DNA of 62,836 nt, counting the filler. It is 13 parts of 13 records of this genome, joined end to end, with 100 filler letters (N's around TTAATTAATTAA, not from the genome) between each part and the next. Parts side by side here need not be neighbours in the genome. Positions count along the whole stretch, not along the records: positions 30,798 to 38,591 come from SRR11831580_2684; positions 38,692 to 43,817 come from SRR11831580_2690; positions 43,918 to 48,226 come from SRR11831580_2707; positions 48,327 to 51,230 come from SRR11831580_2737; 9 more parts are not named here. One strand, written 5' to 3'. The notes under the pieces are model-generated. The model had not been told where the DNA came from and did no database searches. It saw nothing but the letters and a program-made list of their open reading frames with translations. Positions within the stretch are counted from its first letter, which is position 1. Each line of letters begins with the position of its first letter. A program made the position numbers and the translations under genes. Positions 36,428-48,486 of this stretch are shown here, in pieces.

Positions 36428-37066
36428 ATGAGCGATTTCGCAAAAGTAGAGCAGTCTTTGCGAGAGGAGATGACGCGGATTGCCAGTTCATTCTTTCAGC
36501 GCGGCTATGCAACCGGTTCGGCTGGCAATCTGTCGCTGCTTTTACCTGACGGGAATTTACTGGCGACACCGACAGGTTCATGCCTGGGCAATCTCGATCC
36601 GCAGCGGCTTTCCAAAGTCGCCGCGGATGGCGAATGGTTAAGTGGTGACAAACCCTCGAAAGAGGTGCTCTTTCATCTGGCGCTGTATCGCAACAATCCG
36701 CGCTGTAAAGCGGTGGTGCATTTGCACAGCACATGGTCGACGGCGCTTTCCTGCCTGCAAGGGCTGGACAGCAGCAACGTTATTCGTCCGTTCACACCAT
36801 ACGTGGTGATGCGGATGGGAAATGTCCCGCTGGTGCCTTATTACCGACCGGGCGATAAACGCATCGCACAGGATCTGGCGGAACTGGCAGCAGACAATCA
36901 GGCTTTTTTACTGGCAAATCATGGCCCAGTGGTTTGCGGTGAAAGCCTGCAAGAAGCCGCCAACAATATGGAAGAGCTGGAGGAAACGGCAAAGCTGATT
37001 TTTATTCTCGGTGACCGCCCGATCCGTTATCTGACCGCAGGTGAAATTGCGGAATTAAGGAGTTAA
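36428..37066 (+). CDS. ygbL: Class II aldolase-family decarboxylase
   Basis: GNLS, PSKE, HLHS, LANHG motifs. Confidence 0.93.
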
Positions 37067-37070
37067 TGCA

Positions 37071-37847
37071 ATGCCTCGTTTTGCAGCTAATTTATCCATG
37101 ATGTTCACCGAAGTGCCTTTTATTGAACGCTTCGCCGCAGCGCGAAAAGCCGGGTTCGATGCTGTGGAATTTCTGTTTCCCTATAACTACTCCACCCTGC
37201 AAATCCAAAAGCAACTGGAGCAAAACCATCTGACACTGGCGCTGTTCAATACCGCTCCCGGAGATATTAATGCGGGGGAATGGGGATTATCCGCCCTTCC
37301 CGGACGTGAGCACGAAGCACACGCAGACATCGACCTGGCACTGGAATATGCATTGGCGCTCAATTGTGAACAAGTCCATGTGATGGCAGGCGTCGTGCCC
37401 GCTGGCGAAGATGCTGAACGGTACCGGGCAGTATTTATCGATAATATCCGCTACGCTGCCGACCGCTTTGCGCCACACGGCAAGCGAATATTAGTTGAAG
37501 CACTCAGCCCCGGCGTTAAGCCTCATTATCTCTTCTCCAGCCAGTATCAGGCACTGGCTATTGTTGAAGAGGTTGCGCGAGATAACGTGTTTATTCAACT
37601 AGATACTTTTCATGCGCAAAAAGTAGATGGCAACCTGACGCATTTAATCCGCGACTACGCCGGGAAATATGCGCACGTACAAATTGCCGGACTACCTGAT
37701 CGACATGAACCGGACGATGGAGAAATCAACTATCCGTGGCTGTTCCGCCTGTTCGATGAGGTGGGATATCAGGGCTGGATCGGTTGTGAATATAAACCTC
37801 GTGGCCTCACCGAAGAAGGGCTTGGCTGGTTTGACGCCTGGCGCTAA
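37071..37847 (+). CDS. ygbM: Hydroxypyruvate isomerase-family protein
   Basis: [26 protein letters not shown]. Confidence 0.93.
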
Positions 37848-37935
37848 TTCGTTAAATCCCTAATTACAACGTACCCATACATCCCCCCATCTACGGATGG
37901 GGTAGGTTAACTATAACTTTCAGACAGGGTTTCCC

Positions 37936-38591
37936 ATGTCCACAATTACATTGTTATGCATTGCGTTAGCTGGCGTAATCATGCTGTTGCTGCTGGTCAT
38001 CAAGGCAAAGGTACAACCATTCGTTGCTTTGCTCCTCGTCAGCCTGTTAGTCGCACTTGCGGCAGGTATACCGGCGGGCGAAGTGGGTAAAGTGATGATC
38101 GCCGGGATGGGCGGTGTGCTTGGTTCCGTCACTATTATTATTGGTCTGGGCGCTATGCTGGGGCGTATGATCGAACACTCTGGTGGTGCAGAGTCACTGG
38201 CTAATTATTTCAGTCGCAAGTTAGGTGACAAACGAACTATCGCTGCGCTGACTCTGGCAGCGTTCTTCCTCGGTATTCCCGTCTTCTTTGATGTCGGCTT
38301 TATTATTCTTGCGCCAATCATTTACGGTTTTGCCAAGGTTGCCAAAATATCGCCACTCAAATTTGGCCTGCCTGTCGCTGGGATCATGCTCACTGTTCAC
38401 GTGGCGGTACCGCCGCATCCAGGCCCTGTCGCCGCAGCGGGGTTACTCCACGCAGACATCGGCTGGCTAACCATCATCGGTATTGCGATTTCTATTCCCG
38501 TAGGGGTTGTTGGCTACTTTGCAGCGAAAATAATCAATAAGCGCCAATATGCGATGTCAGTAGAAGTACTGGAACAGATGCAACTGGCTCC
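37936..38591 (+). CDS. ygbN: GntP-family permease (3' truncated)
   Basis: GIPVFFDVG and PPHPGP motifs. Confidence 0.9.
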
Positions 38592-38691
38592 NNNNNNNNN
38601 NNNNNNNNNNNNNNNNNNNNNNNNNNNNNNNNNNNTTAATTAATTAANNNNNNNNNNNNNNNNNNNNNNNNNNNNNNNNNNNNNNNNNNNN

Positions 38692-38935
38692 TTTTCTTAT
38701 CCGTCACTTCAATCACCACACCAGTCACCTGTGGGACAACAGGAATAGAAATAACCGCTTTTTGCGCTTTAAAGGTATACGGATGGTTATAGTTCATTAA
38801 CAGAATTAGACCGCTGACAATAAATATTCCACCCAGGGCCGCTGTGGGAATGGTCCATTTATTTACGGGAATTTTGAAGATCTTAAACATTGCCCATGCA
38901 AAAGCCACATAGGTCAAAATAATCAGTAAATCCAT
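38692..38935 (-). CDS. yiaV: HlyD-family membrane fusion protein (3' truncated)
   Basis: MDLLIILTY...MNYNHPY...PQVTG; follows yiaW. Confidence 0.85.
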
Positions 38936-38940
38936 AAGTA

Positions 38941-39263
38941 TTACTCGGCAGAAGAGGATTTGATGTCGGCGAGCTGTTTCTCCAGCCCGGCAATGCGCTG
39001 TTGCAGTTGCATAACGGATGAATCATGGCTTTGCATTCCCCATCCCCGCTCCGGGCGGTAAAGCGTGGCCCAAATCCACAAAAACGGCCAGATAACATGT
39101 AACGTAAAAGACTCACCCAACCAGCAACATGAATGGCGTCGGCATGAGGATGATTACGTTTTTTGGCAATCAGGTAGGGAATATCATGTAAAATAATGAT
39201 CCCATAGAAGATCACCAGAAATACAAAAATAAGCACTCCCAGTGCAAAATAGTCCAGGAACAT
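38941..39263 (-). CDS. yiaW: DUF3302 inner-membrane protein YiaW with apparent 1-nt frameshift
   Basis: [10 protein letters not shown]...GWVSL then frame change; [23 protein letters not shown]...SSAE* in adjacent frame; span 323 nt. Confidence 0.85.
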
Positions 39264-39692
39264 ATTTCCCTCAAAGAATATAAAAAAGAACAATTAACGC
39301 ATATTATGAAATGCCATGATGCAGTGCAATTTCCTTATTTATATAACGACATATTGTTTTTTATATACTTTCTTAAATGTGCTGTCTGGTTTTTCAACAG
39401 GACGAGGTTTATCATATTGAAATAGTGGAACTATTGGCCAAACTAATGAATAACTCCAGTAAAACATCCACAGTACAGATTAAGCGTATTAAACCTTCAA
39501 TTATCTACCGTTTATTGCTGATTGGCCTCGGATCACCAATGGTGATTTACGGCCTGGTTCGCCCGCTCACCATCGAAACGCGAGATTAAACTCCTGACAA
39601 AACACGCCCCAGAAACGTACTTCTGTTGGCGTAGTCTGGGTTATTGCGCACGTAGGTTTAAAACGTAAATTGTAACAACGTGCGCTTTGTTT

Positions 39693-39777
39693 ATGCCGGA
39701 TGCGGCGTGTACGCCTTATCCGGCCTACGGTCAGGTTCCCGTAGGCATGATAAGACGCGTAAGCGTCGCATCAGGCA
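39693..39777. repeat. REP/BIME element downstream of aldB
   Basis: gccggatgcggcgtgtacgccttatccggcctac plus inverted gtaggcatgataagacgcgtaagcgtcgcatcaggc. Confidence 0.88.
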
Positions 39778-39807
39778 ATGAATACCCAATGCGACCAGCT
39801 TCTTATA

Positions 39808-41346
39808 TCAGAACAGCCCCAACGGTTTATCCGAGTAGCTCACCAGCAGGCACTTGGTTTGCTGGTAATGCTCCAGCATCATCTTGTGGGTTTCGCGACC
39901 GATACCTGATTGTTTGTAGCCACCAAACGCCGCATGTGCCGGGTAAGCGTGATAACAGTTGGTCCACACGCGCCCAGCCTGTATGCCGCGCCCCATCTTA
40001 TAGGCCAGATTACCGTTGCGGCTCCAGACGCCCGCGCCCAGGCCATATTGCGTATCGTTCGCCAGCTCCAGCGCTTCTTCCATCGTTTTGAAGGTGGTCA
40101 CCGCCAGCACCGGGCCAAAAATCTCCTCCTGGAACACCCGCATATTGTTCTGACCAAACAGAATCGTCGGTTCGAGGTAGTAGCCGTCTTTCAGTTCACC
40201 TTCCAGCAGCTTGCGCCGCCCGCCTGTGAGCACGTCAGCGCCCTCTTTTTTACCGATATCAATGTAGTTGAGGATGGTTTCCAGTTGCCCGTGAGAAACC
40301 TGCGCGCCCATTTGCGTCACGCTGTCGAGCGGGTTACCGCTACGAATGCTTTCGACACGGCGGATGGCGCGTTCCATAAAGCGTTCGTAGATAGATTCCT
40401 GCACTAAAGCACGACTCGGACAGGTGCAAACTTCGCCCTGGTTAAAGGCAAACAGTGCAAAGCCTTCCAGCGCTTTATCGAAAAAGGCATCTTCTTCATC
40501 CATCACATCAGCAAAGAAGATATTTGGCGACTTACCGCCCAACTCCAGCGTCACCGGAATAATGTTTTGCGTTGCGTATTGCATAATTTGTTGGCCCACT
40601 TCCGTTGAGCCGGTAAACGCCACTTTGGCGATGCGTTTCGAGGTCGCCAGATATTCGCCAATTACCCCACCTGCGCCATTGACCACGTTCACCACGCCCG
40701 GCGGCAGTAAATCACCGACAATTTCCATTAGCAGCAGTACAGAAAGCGGGGTAAGACGTGCGGGTTTCAGCACCACACAGTTGCCCGCCGCCAGCGCGGG
40801 AGCCATTTTCCAGCTCGCCATCAGCAGCGGGAAGTTCCACGGGATAATCTGCCCCACCACGCCTAACGGTTCATGGAAATGATAGGCCACGGTTTCGCTA
40901 TCAACTTCACTGATCCCACCTTCCTGCGCCCGAATACACGAGGCGAAATAGCGGAAATGGTCAATCGCCAGCGGTACATCCGCAGCACTGGTTTCGCGAA
41001 TGGGTTTGCCGTTATCCCAGGTTTCAGCTGTCGCTAACAGCTCGAGGTTTTGTTCCATTCGATCGGCAATCTTAAACAGAATCGCCGCACGATCCTGCAC
41101 CGAGGTGTGCGCCCATTTATCTTTCACTTTGTGCGCAGCATCCAGCGCCAGATCGATGTCTCGTTTGCCCGAAGACGCCACTTCGCACAGCAGCTGCCCG
41201 GTCACCGGCGTCAGATTCTGGTAATACTCGCCGTCGGCAGGGGCTACCCATTCGCCGCCAATAAAGTTGTCATAGCGGGCTTTTAACTTGAGGGGGAAAC
41301 CATACTCGCCGGGCTTAATCTGTGCTGAAGGGGGATTATTGGTCAT
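39808..41346 (-). CDS. aldB: Aldehyde dehydrogenase B
   Basis: 512 aa from [27 protein letters not shown]. Confidence 0.96.
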   Translation of the reverse strand: MTNNPPSAQIKPGEYGFPLKLKARYDNFIGGEWVAPADGEYYQNLTPVTGQLLCEVASSGKRDIDLALDAAHKVKDKWAHTSVQDRAAILFKIADRMEQNLELLATAETWDNGKPIRETSAADVPLAIDHFRYFASCIRAQEGGISEVDSETVAYHFHEPLGVVGQIIPWNFPLLMASWKMAPALAAGNCVVLKPARLTPLSVLLLMEIVGDLLPPGVVNVVNGAGGVIGEYLATSKRIAKVAFTGSTEVGQQIMQYATQNIIPVTLELGGKSPNIFFADVMDEEDAFFDKALEGFALFAFNQGEVCTCPSRALVQESIYERFMERAIRRVESIRSGNPLDSVTQMGAQVSHGQLETILNYIDIGKKEGADVLTGGRRKLLEGELKDGYYLEPTILFGQNNMRVFQEEIFGPVLAVTTFKTMEEALELANDTQYGLGAGVWSRNGNLAYKMGRGIQAGRVWTNCYHAYPAHAAFGGYKQSGIGRETHKMMLEHYQQTKCLLVSYSDKPLGLF

Positions 41347-41510
41347 GATCGTCTCCTTGCGGTGTGAGGTATAACAAGGGTAGACGTGACTGGCGAAATC
41401 TTCGCCAGTCGGTAACAGCTTTACGACAGCTATCACGAATTTACGGGCAAGGGTTACAGAGATAGTTGAAAAAGCGGCTAACAATTTGCCAGCCGTTGTG
41501 GAAATGATGA

Positions 41511-42662
41511 TTACATCGCTGCGCGATAAATCGCCACAATTTCTTCGTGAGTTGCCTGGATCGGGTTAGTAAAGCCACAGGCATCTTTCAGGGCATTAGT
41601 CGCCAATACCGCGAAATCTTCTTCTTTCACGTTCAGGTCGCGTAGGCCTGCCGGGATATCCACTTTCTTCGCCAGTTCACGGATGGCGTTAATGCAGGCT
41701 TCAGCACCTTCCGCGTCGTTTTTACCTGTCACGTTCACGCCCATTGCAGCGGCACAGTCACGCAGACGTGCAGCGGCGACTTTGCTGTTGAATACCTGAA
41801 CGTGCGGCAGCAAAACGGCGTTACATACACCGTGTGGCAGGTTGTAGAAACCGCCCAGCTGGTGCGCCATCGCATGAACATAACCCAGAGAAGCATTATT
41901 GAACGCCATACCGGCGAGGAACTGGGCATAAGCCATTGCTTCACGCGCTTTCGCATTACTGCCATCTTCAACGGCTAACGGCAGGTTTTCGGCAATCATG
42001 GTCACGGCTTTCAGTGCACAAGCGTCAGTGATCGGCGTGGCGGCAATAGAAACATATGCTTCGATAGCGTGCGTTAAGGCATCCATACCCGTTGCGGCGG
42101 TCAGTGACTTCGGCATACCAATCATCAGAGAGGAGTCATTGACAGAAAGCAGCGGAGTGACATGTTTATCAACAATCGCCATTTTGATATGACGCGCTTC
42201 GTCAGTGATGATGCAGAAACGGGTCATTTCAGAGGCCGTACCCGCCGTGGTATTGATGGCGATCATCGGCAGCTGCGGTTTTGCAGAGCGGTCAACGCCT
42301 TCGTAATCGCGAATATCGCCGCCATTGGCTGCCACCAGCGCAATACCTTTTGCGCAGTCGTGTGGAGAACCACCGCCTAAGGAGATCACGCTATCGCAAT
42401 TATTCTCTTTAAGTAATTTCAAACCTGCGGCGACGTTTTCCGTGGTGGGGTTAGGTTGGGTGCCATCATAAATAACGCTAAAAATATTGCGTTCTTCCAG
42501 TGCTTTTTGCACATCGCCCGCCATACCTAATTTCGTTAACATATTGTCAGTGACAATTAAGGTACGGGTAAATCCATAATCTGCCATCATATTCATTGCA
42601 TCAGTCAATGAATCAGCGCCGATGACATTCACAGAAGGAATAAAGAACGTTGAAGCTGCCAT
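41511..42662 (-). CDS. yiaY: Iron-containing alcohol / L-threonine dehydrogenase
   Basis: [23 protein letters not shown] motifs. Confidence 0.94.
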
Positions 42663-42850
42663 AACACACTCCTGAAAGTGTAAAAAAGGGCGGGCAGCTT
42701 ACTGAGGATTTTCATTCGAAAATATGATCAGTATTATTGATTATCAAAATTAATCTAATAAAAAGCACATTGTATTCATTAAACAATGTGCTTTTTTAAA
42801 TTCATAAGAATTTTGTATTAATTTATTTTAAAACTTAATTAATCATTTCC

Positions 42851-43817
42851 TTATTTTTCCGGAAATAATAATGCGTCGCGCAATAAATGATCATTTCCAC
42901 GACGACGCGTAAAGCCAATGCGGTCAAAATATTCCAGAATCTGAATTGCCAGCTTTCGGCCTACGCCTAAGCGATCGCGGAAATCCGCCGCGCAGGTTGA
43001 ACCACACTCCTGATCGAGATCGCGGATCATATTGGCAAACTCGACAATCCGATCGTTACGGTAATAACGATCTTTAACGATCGCGGTAATTATTCCTTGC
43101 TGCGCCGCCTGGCGTAGAGTCAGGCGCATTGCCTGCTCGTCGGTTCCCGTCTCTTTTGCCAGGTCACGCACCCACCACGGTTCGTCACCAAACAGTGGCT
43201 CTGCTTTTTGCCAGATGGCCTGCTGCTCTTCGCTGAAGCCCGCTTTGTGATCTGGCAGATGCAGCCAGCCGTGATGGCTGTGGATGTCGCCGCTTTCGCG
43301 CATCTTTTCAATCAGCAACAGTACCAGCGCTTCATCTTCCATTGGCAACGCCATACGTCGCAGACGTTCGCGCCCAGGGCCAGGTTCATCGCGATGTTGC
43401 TCATGATAAGTCGCTAATGTGTCGAGAATTTTCCGCTGCCAGCGGGCGGCAACCGGCGCATTCAACAAGCTATAACCAGCCTGAATATAACCAGGCTGTT
43501 GCAGCAATTCGCGCATCCCTTCGCCGTTGAGCTGGCGCGCCCAGGCGAAATCCGCAAGGTTAACCGCGCCGCGTTCCAGATGAACAGATAACGCATCGGC
43601 ATCGCTCTGCGCCCGTGCAAGAGACGCCAGCCATTGCAGATATTCCGGCTTACGTTTACCGCGACGCGGCGGGTTAAGCATCACGACGCGCGCTCCGGCC
43701 AGCGTGTTGCGGGCAGAGATATCGCGCAATACCAGGCGGTCGTTATCTGCCAGCCATAACGGGGTGTCGAAGACCAGTTCAGCAAGGTTATCTTCCAGCA
43801 GTGAAACGCGTCCAGTC
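42851..43817 (-). CDS. selB: Selenocysteine elongation factor (5' truncated)
   Basis: C-terminal winged helices, GRKLAIQILEYFDR. Confidence 0.94.
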
Positions 43818-43917
43818 NNNNNNNNNNNNNNNNNNNNNNNNNNNNNNNNNNNNNNNNNNNNTTAATTAATTAANNNNNNNNNNNNNNNNNNNNNNNNNNN
43901 NNNNNNNNNNNNNNNNN

Positions 43918-45057
43918 AAACGTCCCGAGAATAACCACCGGTACGGCAATCGTCGGGATGATTGTGGCACGGAAATTCTGCAAAAACAGATACATGACCA
44001 GGAAGACTAGGATGATAGCCTCAACCAGTGTTTTGAAAACTTCCTGAATAGAAATTTCGATAAACGGCGTGGTGTCGTAAGGATAAACCGTCTTCAGACT
44101 TGCCGGGAAATAGGCTGATAAGCGGTTCAGTTCCTCTTTGACTGCCCGCGAGGTATCCAGGGCGTTTGCTCCGGCAGCCAGTTTGATGGCGATCCCGGCA
44201 GCAGGTTTGCCGTTATAGCGTGCCACGGTGGAATAATCTTCCGCCCCAAGTTCGACGCGAGCGACATCACGCAGCAGCACTTGCGAACCATCTTGCTGAA
44301 CTTTCAACAGGATTTTGCCAAATTCTTCCGGCGTTTGCAGACGCGTCTGCACAATGATCGAGGCGTTTAGCTGCTGGTCTGCCGCCTGTGGCATGCCACC
44401 CAGTTGACCACCGGAAATCTGGTTGTTTTGCACCTTAATCTGGGAAATAACATCGGAAGGTACCAGGTTATATTTATTGAGTTTTTGCGGGTCCAGCCAG
44501 ATACGCATGGCATACTCGGAACCAAAGAGTTGTACGCTACCAACGCCCGCGGTACGGCTTAGCGGGTCTTTGATATTAGACGCTACATAGTCCGCGATAT
44601 CGTACTGGTTGAGGCTGCCGTTATCAGAAATAAACGCCGCTACCATCAGGATATTACTGCTCGACTTATCGACGCTAATCCCCTGCTGCTGCACTGCTTC
44701 AGGTAATGAAGGCATAGCGAGTTGCAGTTTATTTTGCACTTGAACCTGTGCGATATCAGGAGATGTCCCAGTCTCGAAGGTCAGAGTGATAGAGGCATTG
44801 CCCGCCGCATCACTGGTTGAAGACATGTACATCAGGCCATCAAGCCCATTCATATTTTGCTCAATCACCTGAGTGACCGAGTCTTCTACCGTTTGCGCAT
44901 CGGCACCTGGATAGGTAGCGCTGACGGTAATGGTCGGTGGCGCAATCTGCGGATACTGCGCAACCGGTAAGTTCATGATCGCCAGACCACCTGCAAGCAT
45001 CATAATAATGGCAAGTACCCAGGCAAAAACCGGGCGATCAATAAAATAGTTAGCCAT
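43918..45057 (-). CDS. mdtF: RND efflux permease (3' truncated)
   Basis: [14 protein letters not shown], AcrB family; downstream of mdtE. Confidence 0.94.
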
Positions 45058-45081
45058 GAAAGTCCCCTTAAGCCTGCAACG

Positions 45082-46239
45082 TTATTGTTTCGATTCGGTG
45101 CTGGCGTTTTCCTGGCTGGAGGAAATTGCTCGTGCTTTGATACCCGGACGAATGCGTTGCAAACCGGAAACGATCACCCGATCGCCAGCCTGCAAGCCAG
45201 AGGTGACGACCCACTGGTCGCCGATGGCTTTGCTGGCTTCAATTTCGCGTAGCTGCACGACATCGTCTTTATCCAGAATGAGCGCCGTTGCTTTACCCTG
45301 GGCGTTGTGGGTGACGCCTTCCTGCGGCACCAGTAATACATTCTGGCGGCTACCTTCATCCACTAATGCCGTGACGTACATGCCAGGCAGCAAGTCACCA
45401 TTTGGGTTGGGGAAAATCGCCCGTAACGTCACGGAGCCCGTGGTTTCATCCACTGTCGGGTCGGAGAATTTCAGCGTGCCGGTCTGGCTGTAGCGTTTAC
45501 CATTTTCCAGATTGAGCTGTACTGGCGTACTGCCCTGAACCTGTTTGATTTGCCCACTGGCGACCTCTTCTTTCATGCGTAAGAAATCTTGCACCGACTG
45601 CGTGAGATCGACATAAATCGGGTCCAGACGTTGTACGGTAACCAGCGAATCTGCCTGATTAGCGGTAACGAGTGCGCCGACGGTCACCGACGATTTCCCG
45701 CTGACGCCCGTAATCGGCGAGGTGACATTCGCGTATTGCAGATTGATCGTCGCCTGTTCAACAGCCGCTTTGGCGACGGTGACATTGGCTTCTGCTTCAT
45801 TCAACTGGGTGCGCGCGGTGTCGTAATCCTGACGGCTAACGTAGTTGGTCTTCAGCAACGATGCCTGGCGGTTAAAGGTGATGCGGGCATTGCTGGCGGT
45901 AGAGAGCGCTTTCGCCAGCGAGCCTTTGGCGGAGTTTAGCTCGGCCTGTAAAGGTGCAGGATCAATCTGATACAGCGAATCGCCCTGGTTCACTTTATCG
46001 CCTTCGATAAAGTTGCGTTTAATGATAATACCGCCCACCTGGGGACGTATCTCGGCAACTTCATAAGGAACGGTTCTACCGGGCAATTCGCTCAACACAT
46101 TGACCGAACCGGGGGAGAGTGTGACGACACCGACCTCAGGCGTCATGGCGGCGGCGTTTTCCGCCGATTTGTCATCGCAGGCGGTGAGCATCGCGCCGCA
46201 GAATAACAACGGTATTAACAGCTTTCTTCTTCTGTTCAT
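45082..46239 (-). CDS. mdtE: RND efflux membrane fusion lipoprotein
   Basis: LTAC lipobox, EIRPQVGG. Confidence 0.95.
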   Translation of the reverse strand: MNRRRKLLIPLLFCGAMLTACDDKSAENAAAMTPEVGVVTLSPGSVNVLSELPGRTVPYEVAEIRPQVGGIIIKRNFIEGDKVNQGDSLYQIDPAPLQAELNSAKGSLAKALSTASNARITFNRQASLLKTNYVSRQDYDTARTQLNEAEANVTVAKAAVEQATINLQYANVTSPITGVSGKSSVTVGALVTANQADSLVTVQRLDPIYVDLTQSVQDFLRMKEEVASGQIKQVQGSTPVQLNLENGKRYSQTGTLKFSDPTVDETTGSVTLRAIFPNPNGDLLPGMYVTALVDEGSRQNVLLVPQEGVTHNAQGKATALILDKDDVVQLREIEASKAIGDQWVVTSGLQAGDRVIVSGLQRIRPGIKARAISSSQENASTESKQ

Positions 46240-46387
46240 TTTAGTCCCTGAAAATTCTTGAGAAATAACGGTTCTTTAAATTGCGCGCGAGGAGAGATAT
46301 GAGGGATTTACAGACCAGCGGCATAGTGGGGTTGTCAGCCAGTAAGGTGGGATACAGGCACAGTGATCGACATGGTGAGGTCAACGA

Positions 46388-46478
46388 CAAAAAAATGTTG
46401 CCGTTCTGCCAACAGTTCCTGCCAGCATTCGGGCAACGAAGGGTTCTACTGGTGGATACACATACCAGGGGAATAAAG
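46388..46478 (-). ncRNA. gadF: GadF sRNA region (gadE 3' region; boundaries approximate)
   Basis: Position between gadE and mdtE ending at a hairpin and T-run; identity from recalled K-12 annotation. Confidence 0.45.
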
Positions 46479-46576
46479 TCGTTTTAGCCTCTCCTTTAGT
46501 AATCACCGGGGGTAATGAAATCAGCATCTGCATCCCTCGTCATGCCAGCCATCAATTTCAGTTGCTTATGTCCTGA

Positions 46577-47104
46577 CTAAAAATAAGATGTGATACCCAG
46601 GGTGACGATGTCGCTCATACGTCTTAGTTTCAGCTTGTACATAATGTTGAATTTCTGAATCTTTAATGTTTGTTGCGAAATATTGAGCGTCGACGTGATA
46701 TTGCTTTCATTTTTATTTTTCAGAATCAGTTGCATAATTTTGAACTGATTATGTGAAAAACATAATTGTGAATTCTTATGGGGCAAGTGTTTACCATAAG
46801 TAATCTCAAGAAGATTTTTGATACTTTCTTTGCGGCTAACAAAATAAATAGGCGCTTTAGCTTTTAGTTTACTGATGTGATAAGGTGCCAAAACAATAAT
46901 TCTCTCGGCATCTAATTTCTCCAGAAATTTAATCGCTTCTTCATCAAGGATATGATTGTGATAGGTATCAATGATAACCTTGAAGGGTTTATTGCCTACT
47001 TTTTTGATCTCTGACAGGGAATTGATTTTTATCATTTCGTGATTATCTTTCAACTGCCAAAAGCCCTGTAAAAGAAAAGAATCTTTCGTCATGAGAAAAA
47101 TCAT
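46577..47104 (-). CDS. gadE: Acid-resistance activator GadE (LuxR-type)
   Basis: 175 aa from MIFLMTKDSF; AT-rich acid fitness island. Confidence 0.95.
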   Translation of the reverse strand: MIFLMTKDSFLLQGFWQLKDNHEMIKINSLSEIKKVGNKPFKVIIDTYHNHILDEEAIKFLEKLDAERIIVLAPYHISKLKAKAPIYFVSRKESIKNLLEITYGKHLPHKNSQLCFSHNQFKIMQLILKNKNESNITSTLNISQQTLKIQKFNIMYKLKLRRMSDIVTLGITSYF

Positions 47105-47415
47105 AACTTGCTCCTTAGCCGTTATCGTTTCGAATATGTCATCCTTTTCATTATTTACATCCTTGTCCGAATCGTTGTTCAATATAGTAAACGCCTATAA
47201 GAACTTTACCCTTCGTGAACTAATACGTCTATTAACACTAATCAATACTTCAGATTTATCCATCACGCACTCCATATATTGATCCTAAGTAAGATTCCTG
47301 GTTGTTATCAGCTTGTAAATAGCAAACAAAAAGTTAACGTTTGCGGATTACTGCCCAAGAATAAGTTATCAATAACCAGTTTGTGATCTCTGAAGAATAT
47401 TACTAAAGTTAAAAT

Positions 47416-47484
47416 GTAATCCGATTTAAATATCGAGTCTCCTTGTTTCGACTTAAGCTGGCAATTGGATTGCCAGCTTTCTTT
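47416..47484 (+). ncRNA. arrS: ArrS antisense sRNA
   Basis: GTAATCCGATTTAAATATCGAG... ending in AAGCTGGCAAT-TGG-ATTGCCAGCTT hairpin and T-run, antisense to the gadE leader. Confidence 0.75.
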
Positions 47485-47902
47485 TAACGCATTGAAATTA
47501 CCTGAGTAAATAACGCATTCATGTCTTCAGGTTTTTATATAGCGTCTGGAGACACGGATATTTATGCAATGTAATCAACGCCAGTTGCAAAAAAATGAAC
47601 CCGGATTACTTATTTAACCGCCCATAGCATCAACGCTTACGGAACTCTTTGTTCACTTTCCCACAGCACTTTTAAAACATTAAACCTGACTACGGAAAAT
47701 ATCAGCCATGATAATGTTTGAAATGGCTAATTTGCCATAGAGTGAAAAAAATTAGATGAAATTCAGTAGGTTGAAATAATCACTAGCAGGTAATTATTTC
47801 AATGATAGTGCGCAATTGATCTACAACACTGCGTAGCGGAGAGAGTATTAATCGGATCATAGTCACATCAAGTGACTATGATCCGGGTGACAACCGGGGT
47901 AA

Positions 47903-48226
47903 TTATTGCTGCTTAACGAACAAACTGGCGAAGCTGAACAGGCTGGCGGCGCTAAATATCAGTTCAATTCCCACCAGTGTGGAAACCAGCGTTACAGACA
48001 CCATCGGCGTTGCACCAAGGAATATCCAGGCAATGACGATATCCAGCACACCAATAACGAGCTGTAGCCAGCTGCCTTTCATTGAACGCTGACGATACCA
48101 ACTCATCAGGCGAATAACCCCTGCAACACAGAACAAACCGGCAATAAATGCCGCAATGGCAAAAATGCCCAGCTCCGGTGCGCGGATGAAGAAATAGCCG
48201 ATCAATAAATAGGCGACTGCGACGAG
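47903..48226 (-). CDS. hdeD: Acid-resistance membrane protein (5' truncated)
   Basis: Hydrophobic C terminus ...SFASLFVKQQ upstream of gadE. Confidence 0.9.
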   Translation of the reverse strand, partial: LVAVAYLLIGYFFIRAPELGIFAIAAFIAGLFCVAGVIRLMSWYRQRSMKGSWLQLVIGVLDIVIAWIFLGATPMVSVTLVSTLVGIELIFSAASLFSFASLFVKQQ

Positions 48227-48486
48227 NNNNNNNNNNNNNNNNNNNNNNNNNNNNNNNNNNNNNNNNNNNNTTAATTAATTAANNNNNNNNNNNNNNNNNN
48301 NNNNNNNNNNNNNNNNNNNNNNNNNNTCGTGTCGTCTATCAACGTACGCGTGTGTGTCGTTAGTTGCAATTATATATGTACATGTCCGCGGATACGCACG
48401 CATGTTTGAATATATTTATATATAATCCGTATATACCTGCGTACATGCATGTTTACTTATATAGCTTGTGCATGCGTTTGTTGTAG

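Noticed and set aside
46577-47900. AT-rich segment as a novel island
   Set aside because: It is the known gadE acid fitness island region of E. coli.
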